Assembly: GCA_951804945.1 (NCBI GenBank)
Contig: OX638152.1
Span: 43,338,001 to 43,402,000 of the forward strand
DNA from: Podarcis cretensis
Lineage: Eukaryota
Direction of reading: 5' to 3'
Length of the DNA: 64,000 bases
Part shown: positions 46,801 to 58,402 of the stretch, one piece after another
Layout of the letters: every line of letters begins with the position of its first letter
Numbering within the stretch: the stretch's first letter is position 1
Translations under genes and position numbers: made by a program
The notes under the pieces: generated by a model
Databases searched by the model: none
Seen by the model: only the letters and a program-made list of their open reading frames with translations
What the model was told of the DNA's origin: nothing

Positions 46801-47442
46801 TTGTAACTCGCTCTACGTGGGGCTGCCCTTGAGACTGATCCAGAAACTCCAGCGGGTGCAGAATGCCGCAGCGAGACTCCTTACGGGGTCTTCGCTTAGA
46901 GATCACATTCATCCGGTGCTATACCAGCTGCACTGGCTCCCGGTGGAGTACAGGATCAGGTTTAAGGTGCTGGTTTTAACCTTCAAAGCCCTATACGGCC
47001 TAGGGCCCTCGTACCTACGGGACCGCCTCTCCTGGTATGCCCCACAGAGGAACTTACGATCTTCAAATAAAAACACCTTGAGGGTCCCAGGCCTCAGAGA
47101 GGTTAGGCTGGCCTCAACTAGAGCCAGGGCTTTTTCGGCTGCGGCTCCAACCTGGTGGAACGCTCTGTCACAAGAGACAAGGGCCCTGCAGGACTTGACA
47201 TCTTTCCGCAGGGCCTGCAAGACAGAGCTGTTCCACCTGGCATTTGGTCAGGGCGCAGCCTGACTCCCTCCTCTGGCAATCTTTACAAAACTTTAGTTTA
47301 TGGTTGCCATCAATTTTGATTTTAATTCATTTTTATAATGTTTTATAATGTCATACTATTTTAGTGTTGTTAGCCGCCCTGAGCCCGGCTTCGGCTGGGG
47401 AGGGCGGGATATAAATAAATTTTATTATTATTATTATTATTA
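43828..47442 (+). mobile_element. L2-clade LINE, near full length (5' boundary approximate)
   Basis: GC-rich 5'UTR, uninterrupted EN-RT ORF, 3' stem-loop and (TTA)n tail. Confidence 0.9.
44279..47263 (+). CDS. L2 LINE polyprotein: APE endonuclease plus reverse transcriptase, 994 aa
   Basis: EN motifs CNARS, VTETW, GGGVA, LGDFN, TLDL, SDH; RT motifs NYRPVSNL, QSGFR, LDLSAAFD, GVPQG, YADD; L2-type C-terminus SRLDYCN...LHWLPV. Confidence 0.95.
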   Translation: MEASMRLGIPTVKGRGRYGGGGRCHRRRGSRYGYARTPSNLRPIPRDEGRVSKDYSPPSLVLCNARSIGNKTATLRDFFTSQGVDLACVTETWVREGDTVTLREMAPPGFSVLHQSRIVGRGGGVALLIREDCSFRALPSPSIPGIECVGLVWGSEVSLAVWLVYRPPSAPAATLSGLLEAVAGWALEFPNLLVLGDFNIHADATPSSQALDLVSSMATLGLSQFVSGPTHQAGHTLDLIFGVGIDVIMFPSMKVPWSDHYALKARIDVPPPPCLGGEPICARPQRLMDPDRFRQALWDLSPPGDSLTELVEAWNTQLLAAINEIAPKRPLRPRRNWAPWFTEELRKMKRDLRWLERVWRGARDGASRTSYRVFMKTYEMAVKAAKKSYFSASIASASSRPAQLFSIIRSLTSLKGQPNLNNNLTHSCEAFASFFAEKVLLLRHDLPANLDTIKELEAPRLSSGSVLDHFDWISPADVDRLLRAGKPTTCPLDLCPSWLIRACPDEVRAPLGDIINLSLGTGTFPGELKEAVVRPLLKKTSLDPLDLSNYRPVSNLPFLGKVIERAVAEQLGRFLDETSALDPFQSGFRAGHGTETALVALTDDLRRQLDRGRLGLLILLDLSAAFDMVDHELLDRRLADVGIQGTVLQWLRSFLSGRGQRVALGGELSSRHSLVCGVPQGAILSPMLFNIFMRPLAQLVRSFGLGCHQYADDTQLYLLMDGHPDSAPDTLIRCLEAVAGWLHGSRLKLNPSKTEVLWLGRDDMGLRGQLPSLAGVQLVPAPSVKSLGVIFDTSLSMEAQIAAITKAAFFHLRQAKQLAPYLSRPDLATVIHVTVTSRLDYCNSLYVGLPLRLIQKLQRVQNAAARLLTGSSLRDHIHPVLYQLHWLPVEYRIRFKVLVLTFKALYGLGPSYLRDRLSWYAPQRNLRSSNKNTLRVPGLREVRLASTRARAFSAAAPTWWNALSQETRALQDLTSFRRACKTELFHLAFGQGAA

Positions 47443-49049
47443 AATTCTATCCTGCCCTTCCTCTCAAAGGAGCCCAGGGTCATAAACAGCAAATTAATAA
47501 AAGCAGTACAATTAAAATAAAATAAAAAACATTGAAAACAACTGTGAACATCTAAAGGTATTAAAAACACCCTAAACCCTATAAAATTATTGTTATTGTT
47601 ATTGTATTACTACAATTTATAACTCAATTTATAACTTTTACATAGAGTGGAGTCATTGAAATTAATGGCAATGGCTAAATTAGGTCCATTAATTTCATTG
47701 AGCCTACTCTGAGTAAATGTTATGCAAATACATCCCTATGTTTGTTTTTATGTTTGCTTTTGTCTTACTAACAATCCAGTGAACATTGTTAAGTGTGTGC
47801 TATACAAATGCACGTCATCTATATATTGAGAAACCAAGTTATTTTATTCTCTGAAGGTTTCCACTTGTCTGGTGCAAAGCACGGCATCAAGAAAAATATT
47901 TTAATTTACATATTAATGAAGGGATATCCTATATGTACTGTAATCTACCTACTCTTCTGGAAAAGAACATCTATTCATATAATGAATTAATATTTGCATC
48001 AGAATCATTTATAAACTTTGCAGCAGTCTATCTCAACACAGAAACTCAACTATATACAGAGAAACAATTACTGGTGCTGTTTGTGAGTCATAATGAAAGC
48101 AGGCACAGAGAATAGGCTATGAACAGGAAGCCCTTTATCCCAATTTCTGAACTGATGTATGACCTCGAGCAAGTGAGTCCAACCTTCTGTTTATCTCTAC
48201 AGCTTTAAAACGCGAACATTGTTCTTCACAGGGGAATTATGAAGAGTGAAGCAGTTACTATGAATTTTTGAAGTGTGTAAGTGTTTTTAAATTACATATT
48301 TAGATCATATTAATTGTCTGAGAAGAAACATAAGAAAGCCGTCAGTGTTAGCTTTTGGTATGTGCTAGCATCTAAATCCAAAGAGACAGGAAATAAATAT
48401 AATCAAATAATTTATTAGGCACATCTGCTAAAATGCTCACAGCTAGACAACCTGTAGCTTAATTGTTCCTTGTACAGGGCTGGATTTATGGATAGGCTTT
48501 CTGGCCCCAGTATCGAAAGCAGGAAGCCCTGCCTCAGGCAATTATAGTGTCGTACAAGGAACATAGGTAGCACAATTCAGCTGTGTCAAATTAATGTTCC
48601 TATCATGGGACACGCAAGCATAATGAAGGAAGACTAAGGGCATTAAGGAGAGCTAGTCCTTCACTAGGACATCCCCTTAGATTTCATCTTGAGTGCACAG
48701 AGAAATAATTTCATTTCCCCCCAAAGTGAAAACAGTGGGTTATAGATTAGCTTTGGTGAGAAATGTGACCCAAAGGGACTTGGCACTGCATATTGTTTTT
48801 GCAGGTGTCATCTAGTTTGTAACTGGGATGATTTAATGAACATAATAATTCTCTGAAACTTAATGGCACACTAGAAATTGTAGACCAAGAATAATTCACA
48901 GTTTGTACCTTGTTTGCTAGGGCTTTCCCTCCTCTGGCCCGTGAAAAATATGTAAAGATAAAGACAGTTTAAAGAAAATACTACTTCCTTTTTTCCTGTC
49001 AGTAGATCATAATCAAAAGGATCTCTTTGTGTACTTTATTTATAAGATA

Positions 49050-49291
49050 CAGTGGTACCTTGGGTTAAGTACTTAATTCGTTCCAGAGGTCTGTTCTTAA
49101 CCTGAAACTGTTCTTAACCTGAAGCACCACTTTAGCTAATGGGGCCTCCTGCTGCCGCTGTGCCTCTGGAGCACGATTTCTGTTCTCATCCTGAAGCAAA
49201 GTTCTTAACCCAAGGCACTATTTCTGGATTAGCGGAGTCTGTAACCTGAAGCGTATGTAACCTGAAGTGTATGTAAACCGAGGTACCACTG
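49050..49291. mobile_element. Tc1/mariner MITE, family A
   Basis: TA|CAGTGGTACCT...AGGTACCACTG|TA. Confidence 0.87.
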
Positions 49292-49566
49292 TATAGGCAT
49301 CTGATTATTTTCTTTGATTTTGTTCTTCATAATATGATTTTTCTTTTCTGTTCTACTTACTGACATAATAATGTAATTCTCACACACATCCTGCAAATGG
49401 CCGTATTAATGCTGTACACTGGATTATCTTGGATTTGTGTGCAGATTTACCGTACCTTACAAAGTAGTGATAATTACCTAAACCTGTTGTAAGGTTGTGT
49501 ACATATTACTATTCACTCCAGCTCCAATGTGCTCCCTCCTCTGGTCTTTGAAGCTGGGTACACATG

Positions 49567-49912
49567 TGGGTTAAAGCCTCAGCGCCTAGGGCTTGCCGAT
49601 CAAAAGGTCGGCGGTTCGAATCCCTGCGGCGGGGTGCGCTCCCGCTGCTCGGTCCCAGTGCCTGCCAACCTAGCAGTTCGAAAGCACCTCCGGGTGCAAG
49701 TAGATAAATAGGGACCGCTTACCAGCGGGAAGGTAAACGGCGTTTCCGTGTGCGGTTCTGGCTCGCCAGAGCAGCGATGTCACGCTGGCCACGTGACCCG
49801 GAAGTGTCTCCGGACAGCGCTGGCCCCTGGCCTCTTAAGTGAGATGGGCGCACAACCCCAGAGTCTGTCAAGACTGGCCCGTACGGACAGGGGTACCTTT
49901 ACCTTTACCTTT
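49567..49912 (+). mobile_element. Sauria SINE, slightly 5'-truncated
   Basis: Nearly identical to 10957-11316; (ACCTTT)n tail; TSD TACACATG. Confidence 0.9.
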
Positions 49913-50106
49913 TACACATGACACTAGCCACCATCCATATGTATCCTGTAGTTTATTGGGAAATACTGCTGTCTGATGCATCTGATTTGAAAACAGTTAA
50001 GCTGAGGTGTGTATACTTTAGACATTCTTGATTCCTGACAGCTTGATTGAAAAGCTGTTTGAGGGAGTTGCAAGTGCAGCGGAAGCAAATCAGGTAATGA
50101 TGCTTA

Positions 50107-50370
50107 AAAAGGTAAAGGGACCCCTGACCATTAGGTCCAGTTGTGACTGACTCTGGGGTTGCGGCGCTCATCTCGCTTTATTGACTAAGCCGCTTCTGGC
50201 GAACCAGAGCAGCGCACGGAAACACTGTTTATCTTCCCGCCAGTTCGTGCTTTCAAACTGCTAGGTTGGCAGGAGCAGGAACCAAGCAACAGGCGCTCAC
50301 CCCGTCGTGGGGATTCGAACTGCTGACCTTCTGATCAGCAAGCCCTAGGGTCTGTGGTTTAACCCACAGC
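50107..50370 (-). mobile_element. Sauria SINE, internally deleted, flanked by an 83-bp duplication
   Basis: AAAGGTAAAGGGACCCC tail and GGATTCGAAC box B in reverse orientation; direct repeats at 50021-50103 and 50371-50453. Confidence 0.85.
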
Positions 50371-50779
50371 GACATTCTTGATTCCTGACAACTTGATTGA
50401 ATAGCTGTTTGAGGGAGTTGCAAGTGCAGCAGAAGCAAATCAGGTAATGATGCCTACAGTGATGTAAAATGCAACTTGAAGTATGCAGAGGAGCAATGAC
50501 CTCACTGTGTGTTAAGCTGCTAAAGTGTGCATGCCCCAAGATAGCCACGTAGAACTGCCCGTATCTCCCCAAACAGTACTAAAGTTGCTATCTTAGTACT
50601 GGGCTTTGCAGATGGCAGTAGTAATCCAGGCTTGCATGCATCATACACAAAATGGACCTAATTATGACCAAATGCAAAACTATATTAGAAATTTCACACA
50701 TTTGAATTCCATCCATCTATGGCCTTTCCCAGGATACTCCCTTCCTGGTTTTCCATTCTCCCACAACAGTGAGTTGTTA

Positions 50780-51040
50780 CAGTGGATGCTCAGGTTGCGA
50801 ACGTGATCTGTGCGGCAGGCACGTTCGCAACCCGCAGTGTCCACAACCCGCAGCACCGTGTCTGCGCACGCACGGTATGAGATTTGGCACTTCTGCGCAT
50901 GTGCAAAGCGTGATTTAGCGCTTCTCTGCATGCACGAGCACCGAAACCTAGATGTAACCCATTCCGGTACTTCCAGGTTTTGGCGCATCCATAACCCAAA
51001 AACGCGCAACCTGAAGTGTCTGTAACCCGAGGTATGACTG
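50780..51040. mobile_element. Tc1/mariner MITE, family B-like
   Basis: TA|CAGTGGATGCTC...GAGGTATGACTG|TA; GCGCATGTGC core. Confidence 0.8.
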
Positions 51041-51232
51041 TATTCCATTGTTCACTAGTAGAGCCGGCCCAATATGTTTTTCTGCCTGAGGTAGAGCAGT
51101 AAATGGCATCTCACCATCATAAAAAGCATACTACCCAAGGCAACCAAGTTAGTGTGACCCCTGAAGTAGAAAAATGTCACAGGCACCTGTCCTCGTTCTT
51201 GACAGTAAAAATACAAACATGATGACACCAAA

Positions 51233-52112
51233 CAGATGACACCAAACTGGGAGGGGTGGCTAACACCCCAGAGGACAGGATCACACTTCAAAAGGACCTT
51301 GACAGATTAGAGAACTGGGCCAAAACAAACAAGATGAATTTTAACAGGGAGAAATGTAAAGTATTGCACTTGGGCAAAAAAAATGAGAGGCACAAATACA
51401 AGATGGGTGACACCTGGCTTGAGAGCAGTCCATGTGAAAAGGATCTAGGAGTCTTGGTTGACCACAAACTTGACATGAGCCAACAGTGTGACGTGGCAGC
51501 TAAAAAAGCCAATGCAATTCTGGGCTGCATCAATAGGAGTATAGCATCTAGATCAAGGGAAGTAATAGTGCCACTGTATTCTGCTCTGGTCAGACCTCAC
51601 CTGGAGTACTGTGTCCAGTTCTGGGCACCACAGTTCAAGAAGGACACTGACAAACTGGAACGTGTCCAGAGGAGGGCAACCAAAATGGTCAAAGGCCTGG
51701 AAACGATGCCTTATGAGGAACGGTCAAGGGAGCTGGGCATGTTTAGCCTGGAGAAGAGGAGGTTAAGGCGTGATATGATAGCCATGTTCAAATATACAAA
51801 AGGATGTCACATAGAGGAGGGAGAAAGGTTGTTTTCTGCTGCTCCAGAGAAGCGGACACAGAGCAATGGTTCCAAACTACAAGAAAGAAGATTCCACCTA
51901 AACATTAGGAAGAACTTCCTGACAGTAAGAGCTGTTCGACAGTGGAATTTGCTGCCAAGGAGTGTGGTGGAGTCTCCTTCTTTGGAGGTCTTTAAGCAGA
52001 GGCTTGACAACCATATGTCAGGAGTGCTCTGATGGTGTTTCCTGCTTGGCAGGGAGTTGGACTCAATGGGCCTTGTGGTCTCTTCCAACTCTATGATTCT
52101 ATAATTCTATGA
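51233..52112 (+). mobile_element. CR1 LINE, 5'-truncated, open RT C-terminal frame (ORF 51256-52032)
   Basis: DDTKLGG...LQKDLDRLENWA..NKMNFNREKCKVLHLG...LVRPHLEYCVQFWAP...; (ATTCTATG)n tail. Confidence 0.93.
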
Positions 52113-52992
52113 ATTAAATAACTAACAATTTTCTGCCATTCCATGATACCCAAAATCAGCTGCCTAAAGTGGTCATCTTCCTCTGCTTAATAGTAGAGGC
52201 AGACCTACCACTAAGCATGCTCCGTCTGTGCCCAGTTTCCTCACTCGCCCCACCTCACCTGCCTGTCTCCGGTGCTTCCTTCACTCTGGAGCATGCACAG
52301 GGTATCAACAGTGTGATGACAGACTAGTACAGAGAGAAAATTCTGTCAAAATTCAGGTTGAGTTTTATATTGGTACCACTCCATAGACTTTTCCAGAGGT
52401 ACTCTTGGTGTATCATCATGGTCCAATATGAAAGGACAATTTACCAGTATGTGGAAGAAATTAAACAAGCAGCTCTCTTCCAAGCAAACCAGAGAAAATT
52501 CGGGGGGGGGGGGGGATAGCTGTAGGGAATAAAATTGCACTACAAGGGAGATAGGACTACATGATTTCCTGCTGCTGATGAATGATTACAAAAATAATGC
52601 CATTTTCTGAATGTTGTAACATTTGCATCACAAATGCAGGAAATAGACTTAGGGAAGAGCTAACAGATTGTCATTGCCCGAAGCACTGTTGTACCAGTGA
52701 TTGCTCCAAAATAGCATATTTAAATATATTTTTTTCTTAACCCTTCTTATGCTTTCAATACAACTTGGTCAAAAACCAGCTTCATGGACTGTGAAGAAGT
52801 GTACTTTGGATAGAGACCATCATAATTTGAACCAGTTATATCACTCAGTTTTCTTTCTTTAGTTGGGAGTGGTATATGGAGATACGTGGTATTTTCAGAC
52901 TCACTTTATGCATGAGTTTTATGTTGATCACTTAATTCTCCACACTGTAACAGCATTCAGGTAAACACTTTCACATGTGTAACTATTTATAC

Positions 52993-53130
52993 CAGCCTTT
53001 CCCAACCTGTGGTTCCCCAGATGTTGTTGAACTACAACTCCCATCACCCCTAGCTAGCAAGGCCAGAGCTCAGGGATGATGGGAGTTGTAGTCCAACAAC
53101 ATCTGGGGACCCGCAGGTTGAGAACCACTT
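52993..53130. mobile_element. Palindromic hAT (Charlie/URR1-like) MITE
   Basis: Same ACTACAACTCCCATCA hairpin core as 15323-15460; 8-bp TSD ATTTATAC. Confidence 0.85.
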
Positions 53131-53629
53131 ATTTATACCATAGCTGAGTTAACGACAAATCCAAAGCCCCTTACCTGTGAGGGGAGCTATGGTAAGCATC
53201 TGATCCATTTGTATCCATTTTTTATTATTATTTGCACTTGCAACAGTATTTGCGACATATAGTTGGCTGGGGATTTGCTGTGTTATGGGCATGGTTGGTG
53301 GAAATGACTAAGAGTGAGGTTGTATGTGGGAGAGTGCTATGGATATGTTTGGGAGATGATTTTGTGAGAAGTAAGTAAGTAACTAAGTAAGTTACTTTGT
53401 CTAACTGCCAATGATGTTTTAATATGTGGATTTTTTTATTGTATTTCTGTATTTCACTTTTACTAGTACTGTTTTTGTTTTTGATGTTCAAGAGAATGTT
53501 TTGCTTTGCTGTTAATTATACTACTTGTTAATTATACTACTTTAAATGTGAATATTTATTGCATTTTTGTATTTGATTTTATTTCTAATGTAAATTTCAC
53601 TTGATAGTTATAATGTACATGTGAAAAGA

Positions 53630-54560
53630 AAATAATTTCTATATAATTTTTTAAATTTTTCTAATATTTATCCAATATTACCACAGTTTTGCCAATTATA
53701 CAGATTCCAATTAATATCAAAATAATTCCAGTTATTCCCAAATTTATACAATTTAATCAAAGTGGTTTCCTGCGCTCCTTGATCAATGCTTTTTTTGTCC
53801 AGTTCATATATTGCTGTGGTTCATATTTTTATATCAGTTGATATATTAATCATTAAGATAACAGTTGCATTTTTAGCAATTACTATTCATGTTAATACCT
53901 TATCTAACTTTCCATAGGATTTCAAATTAGGTGCTCTAATTATTTTCCTTTCTCTGCGTGTGTCAGTCTGAATATGTCCAATTATAAAGTCCTTGGCCTT
54001 TGTCTGCTGTCCCATTCTTGAAATTCCTCCAATTGCTGTTGTCTCTCAGAGTAGCTGGGGTGGGGCTATAATCCTGGATATAATCCTCATTAGCTCCCTC
54101 CCATCGTGCTCTCATCTTGCTTGGTGTTTCTGGAGAACAACATACTCCCAACAGTCCACTCTTTTTCACTACTCGGTCAACATCTAAAAATTTCCACAGC
54201 CCAGGAAAGAGGGATCCAGCTTCCTCCGCAGGGGATTTGGAGTACTTTCATTTTAATTAATCGCCATCAAAGTTTCCATGCCTCCCTTGTCCACAGCTCC
54301 AAATTCCTTTCATCTTTACGACTGCATTTTGACCAAAAGCCCACTTAAGTTGTATCTCTTCTCTGTTGTTTTTAAGGTGGATAGAGATGGTATCCACTCT
54401 AATTTCCCCAGATAATTCATTCCAGCATTAGAGGTCTCCCCCATCTCTTTAAGCCACACACAGCTAACTGTTCTTTTATCACAAATTTTATTCCATACTG
54501 CAATCCAACTTCATTTTGTATCTTTTAAATGTTGCATCTGGAGAGGGTTGCTGAATCATT
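53630..54560 (-). mobile_element. Possible highly degraded L1-like ORF1 remnant
   Basis: A-rich minus strand with broken frames weakly resembling L1 ORF1; not verified. Confidence 0.25.
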
Positions 54561-54916
54561 AATAAAGAAACTCAAAGTCAACAGGAAAGCGGAGGTTCCC
54601 CTTTCTGCTATCCACTACCCACACCAAATAAAATCTTTTTCTGAGTTCCAAACCTCGGATCAATGCAGCTGGGTAATTCTGCAGTTCTGATGACAACATC
54701 TCTCAGAGCATGCCTGACTTTAAAGGCAATTAAAAATCCAATTAACAGTAGAACCTGTGCTTCTTAATGGCGGCGTAGGAGGGTTTTCGCGAGGTGAAGT
54801 GCTTTTACAATCAGTGCCTCCCTGCCCCCTGCATTCCTTGCAGGAGCAAGAGCCAGGTACCGAGACAGACTGTGAGTGAAGCCTGTTCCTCCCTTCCCTG
54901 GGAGGAATTTCCAATA

Positions 54917-55150
54917 CAGTGGTACCTCGGGTTACAGACGCTTCAGGTTACAGACACTTCAGGTTACAGACTCCACTAACCCAGAAATAGTACCTCAGGT
55001 AAAGAACTTTGCTTCAGGATGAGAACAGAAATCGTGCAGCGGTGGCAGCGGGAGGCCCCATTAGCTAAAGTGGTGCTTCAGGTTAAGAACAATTTCAGGT
55101 TAAGAACGGACCTTCAGAACGAATTAAGTTCTTAACCCGAGGTACCACTG
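54917..55150. mobile_element. Tc1/mariner MITE, family A (reverse orientation)
   Basis: TA|CAGTGGTACCTCGGG...CCCGAGGTACCACTG|TA. Confidence 0.87.
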
Positions 55151-55907
55151 TAATAATTTACCCTCTATCATTCTTGTTTTTCTCCACCTTCAATCCCTGC
55201 GATGTCATGGGGGCTACATCCATTAAGGCAGATAGGAACTGGAAACCCAAAGGACAGGAATTTCTGACTGAAGTTCCCTGCGGTTGTTGGATTGCTATTC
55301 GTTATTTGTCTTCACTGTGGCTGTATAAAGTTTGTTGTGCGCTTTTGTGGGAATTTCAATGGCATGGCTTTGTGTTTTGCCTAGAATTGTCTAAGGTGGA
55401 GGTTGAATTTAATGAGGAAACCATTTTACTTTTACACCTGTTCCCGTACCCCCAAAGCAATTGTGACATTTCTACCATTTTTACTGATCAGAATAATTAT
55501 TTATTGATATACATATGATGAGATGTGGTACACCCTTGTAGAGTCAAGTAGAAATGAAGAACAATACAAATAGATTGTGGGAAGGATGCTTTCTCATGGC
55601 ATCCCCCTAAAATATGAAACACAGAGCAAAATAACAGCAGAAATTTCATAAGCAGGTCAAAGAAGGGAAGAGTTAGAACTGTTGTTCCCCTTTTCAACTG
55701 TGAAATGTGAATTCATGTGCATAGATAACAGGATTGTTGTTAGCTGGCTCTGTGGAACTGGTGAAGAAAAAAAGGACACCACCCTCCAAACAGCTTTCTC
55801 AGCTATGTGAATACTAATTCATCAATGGACATAATTTTGGATGTGGTAGATACTGAAGCTTGTGACACCACATGCTCCCCTCTCTTTGCAGAATTATATC
55901 ACCTTTA

Positions 55908-56314
55908 GGGGAAGACTATAGGTCAGTAGTAGAAGATCCGGGTTAATTTCCCAGCATCTCCAGGTAGAACTCTCTGAAACCCTGAAGAGCCAATACAGTG
56001 GTACCTCAGGTTAAGTACTTAATTCATTCCGGAGGTCCGTTTTTAACCTGAAACTGTTCTTAACCTGAAGCACCACTTTAGCTAATGGGGCCTCCTGCTG
56101 CCGCCGTGCCCCCAGAGCACAATTTCTGTTCTCATCCTGAAGCAAAGTTCTTAACCTGAGGTACTATTTCTGGGTTAGCGGAGTCCGTAACCTGAAGTGT
56201 ATGTAACCTGAAGCGTATGTAACCTGAGGTACCACTGTACCAGTCAGTGTAAAGAATACTGAGCTAGGCTGCCCAATGGTCTGACATAGCATAAAGACAG
56301 CTTCCTGTGTTCCT
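55908..56314 (+). mobile_element. Squam3-like tRNA SINE interrupted by a MITE
   Basis: The halves on each side of 55996-56237 align with 58205-58402. Confidence 0.6.
55996..56237. mobile_element. Tc1/mariner MITE, family A
   Basis: TA|CAGTGGTACCTC...GAGGTACCACTG|TA. Confidence 0.87.
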
Positions 56315-56491
56315 ACATTCCTCTACTTCTCGCTTACTGCAAATCTTTGGGAACCCAAAACTGATTTAGCTCATATAGTACATAGGAAGAGCCCTGATGG
56401 TTCGGTCTGTGGCTCCATCTAACCATCCTGTTTCCATTTACTGTTTCCAGCCATGGCCAGGCAAGCGTTGAAGCAGAGCATGGAGGTAATA

Positions 56492-57226
56492 CCGTATTTT
56501 TGCACCATAACACTCACTTTTTTTCCTCCTAGAAAGTAAGGGGAAATGTCTGTGCGTGTTATGGAGCAAATGCCTACGGATGGCGGGGGGATCTGCTGCA
56601 GTCGTGAGCAGAGGATCCATGGTTCCCCTTCCTTCCCTCCTCCGTGGCTTGCTTTGAAACAGCAAAGCGGGAGAAGAGCCGCTGAGTGGGGAGGAGAGAG
56701 GGACAGAGAGCCTGCTTGCTTTAAAGGAGCAAAGCGGGAGAGGAGAGGAGCCTTCTCCTCTTATACCCTTCTTCTGCATTATTAACAGCATCCTTCTCCA
56801 CCCACCCCACGCATGTTCCTTGTCCCTTGAGTGCTTTTCCTTCCCTCCCCACTTAAAACGTAGTTACAAAGCACGGATCTACATGGATCCTCAGGATTTT
56901 TGCACTGGGTCACCCCAAATTAACCATCAGATCACATAGCATGTCTATGGCTACAGCTTGCACCAAAAAAAATCACGCACCCACTGTTGCCTGGGGCCGC
57001 AGTGGTGCAAAAACGTGGTTACAAAGCATGGATCCACATGGATCCTCAGGATTTTTGCATTGGGCTACCCCAAACTCACCGTCAGATCTCATGTCTGTGG
57101 CCACAGCATGAACCACAAAAATCATACATCCGCTGTTTCGTTTAGAATATTTTTTTTATTGTTTTCCCCCTCTAAAAACTATGTGCGTGTTATGGTCGGG
57201 TGCGTGTTATAGAGCGAAAAATACGG
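56492..57226. mobile_element. Non-autonomous Tc1/mariner-type element (CCGTA termini) with an internal duplication at about 155-bp spacing
   Basis: TA|CCGTATTTTTGCACCATAACAC ... GTGTTATAGAGCGAAAAATACGG|TA; GTTACAAAGCA.GGATC.ACATGGATCCTCAGGATTTTTGCA occurs twice. Confidence 0.82.
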
Positions 57227-58204
57227 TAATTCTCTTCTGCACTGACTTGGAAACATATTGAAATCTGTACTCTGTAGCTTAAATAGCAGCACTCTAAAAA
57301 CAGATTTCCTTGCTAGAATGGACACAATACAAAAAATGTGTGTGGGCATTATTTTCCTCCTTAAATCTCATACTGAGGGTCTCTTTGTATGTTTTGAAAT
57401 GCTGACATAACAGCCTCTGAACTCAGCTTAACTTCTGATTTGTTCACATATTGATGTGGTGAATAAGAATTGGGAGTAAACATCCACCAGGAAGTTCAAG
57501 ATGTGAGTTTGAAATGGATGGGAGTTTCTTAAAGGTGAAATATTGAAGCACAAAGGCAGACAATTCCAGTAAGAAAGAAAAGTGGGAGGCACCTAAATAA
57601 ATCAGTGTGGCTGCATGAGGAACTTACAGATAAAGATATATTTTTGTAGTGGACCTTTAAGTGAGTCACCCCAACACCTGCTGTAAAAACTTTAGGAGGT
57701 GGAATGCATAGAGAATAATTACAAAGCAATCTTCAAAAGAACAGCACCTATGTTCACAGGACATCAGACTTGAAATAAAAAGTTTTTTTCACGGAAGTTA
57801 ATTTGTAATGATTCCAGTATGCTTTAGAGCATGAAAACAACCTATTTGGGCTCTGTGGGTTTATTAAGAAACCTCAATCATTAAAAAATTCTTCAAGTCT
57901 GATTAAACTACTCCAGAATAGTTTGGACAAAACAGGAATTTCAAAACTGGCCATTTTCTTCAGGCTGTTCTATGATTCCAACGGCTCATCGAGAATTGCA
58001 ATCCAGACCCAGTTCCTTGAATCAGCTGCTGAAAAATTCCCATGTCTCACTCACAGGTAGAAAATAATTCCCTCTATTTCTGATGTTCTGGTGCTGTCAC
58101 TTATGTAGCTAAAAGAGGACAGTGGCAGCAGGGTTGGAGGAACCCTGAGGTTTGTCAAAGAGCAGGAAAGAACATTTTGGGGGAAACCAAGATGCTGATC
58201 AACA

Positions 58205-58402
58205 GGGGAATGGCTGTAGCTCAGTGCTAGAGCATCTTCCCTGCATGTAGAAGTTCCCAGGTTCAGTCTCCAGCATCTCCAGGTAGGACTGAGAAAGATT
58301 CCCTGCATGAAAGCCTGGAGAGCCACAGCCAATCAGTGTTAAACAGTACTGACCTAGATGGACCAATAGACTGACTCAGTGTAGGGCAACTTCTTATGTT
58401 CT
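58205..58402 (+). mobile_element. tRNA-derived squamate SINE (Squam3-like)
   Basis: TAGCTCAGTGCTAGAGC box A and GGTTCAGTCTCC box B, followed by a non-tRNA body; diverged copies elsewhere in the window. Confidence 0.7.

Noticed and set aside
44617-47220. Antisense ORFs of 75-167 aa over the L2
   Set aside because: They are shadow frames of a GC-rich coding sequence with no independent motifs.
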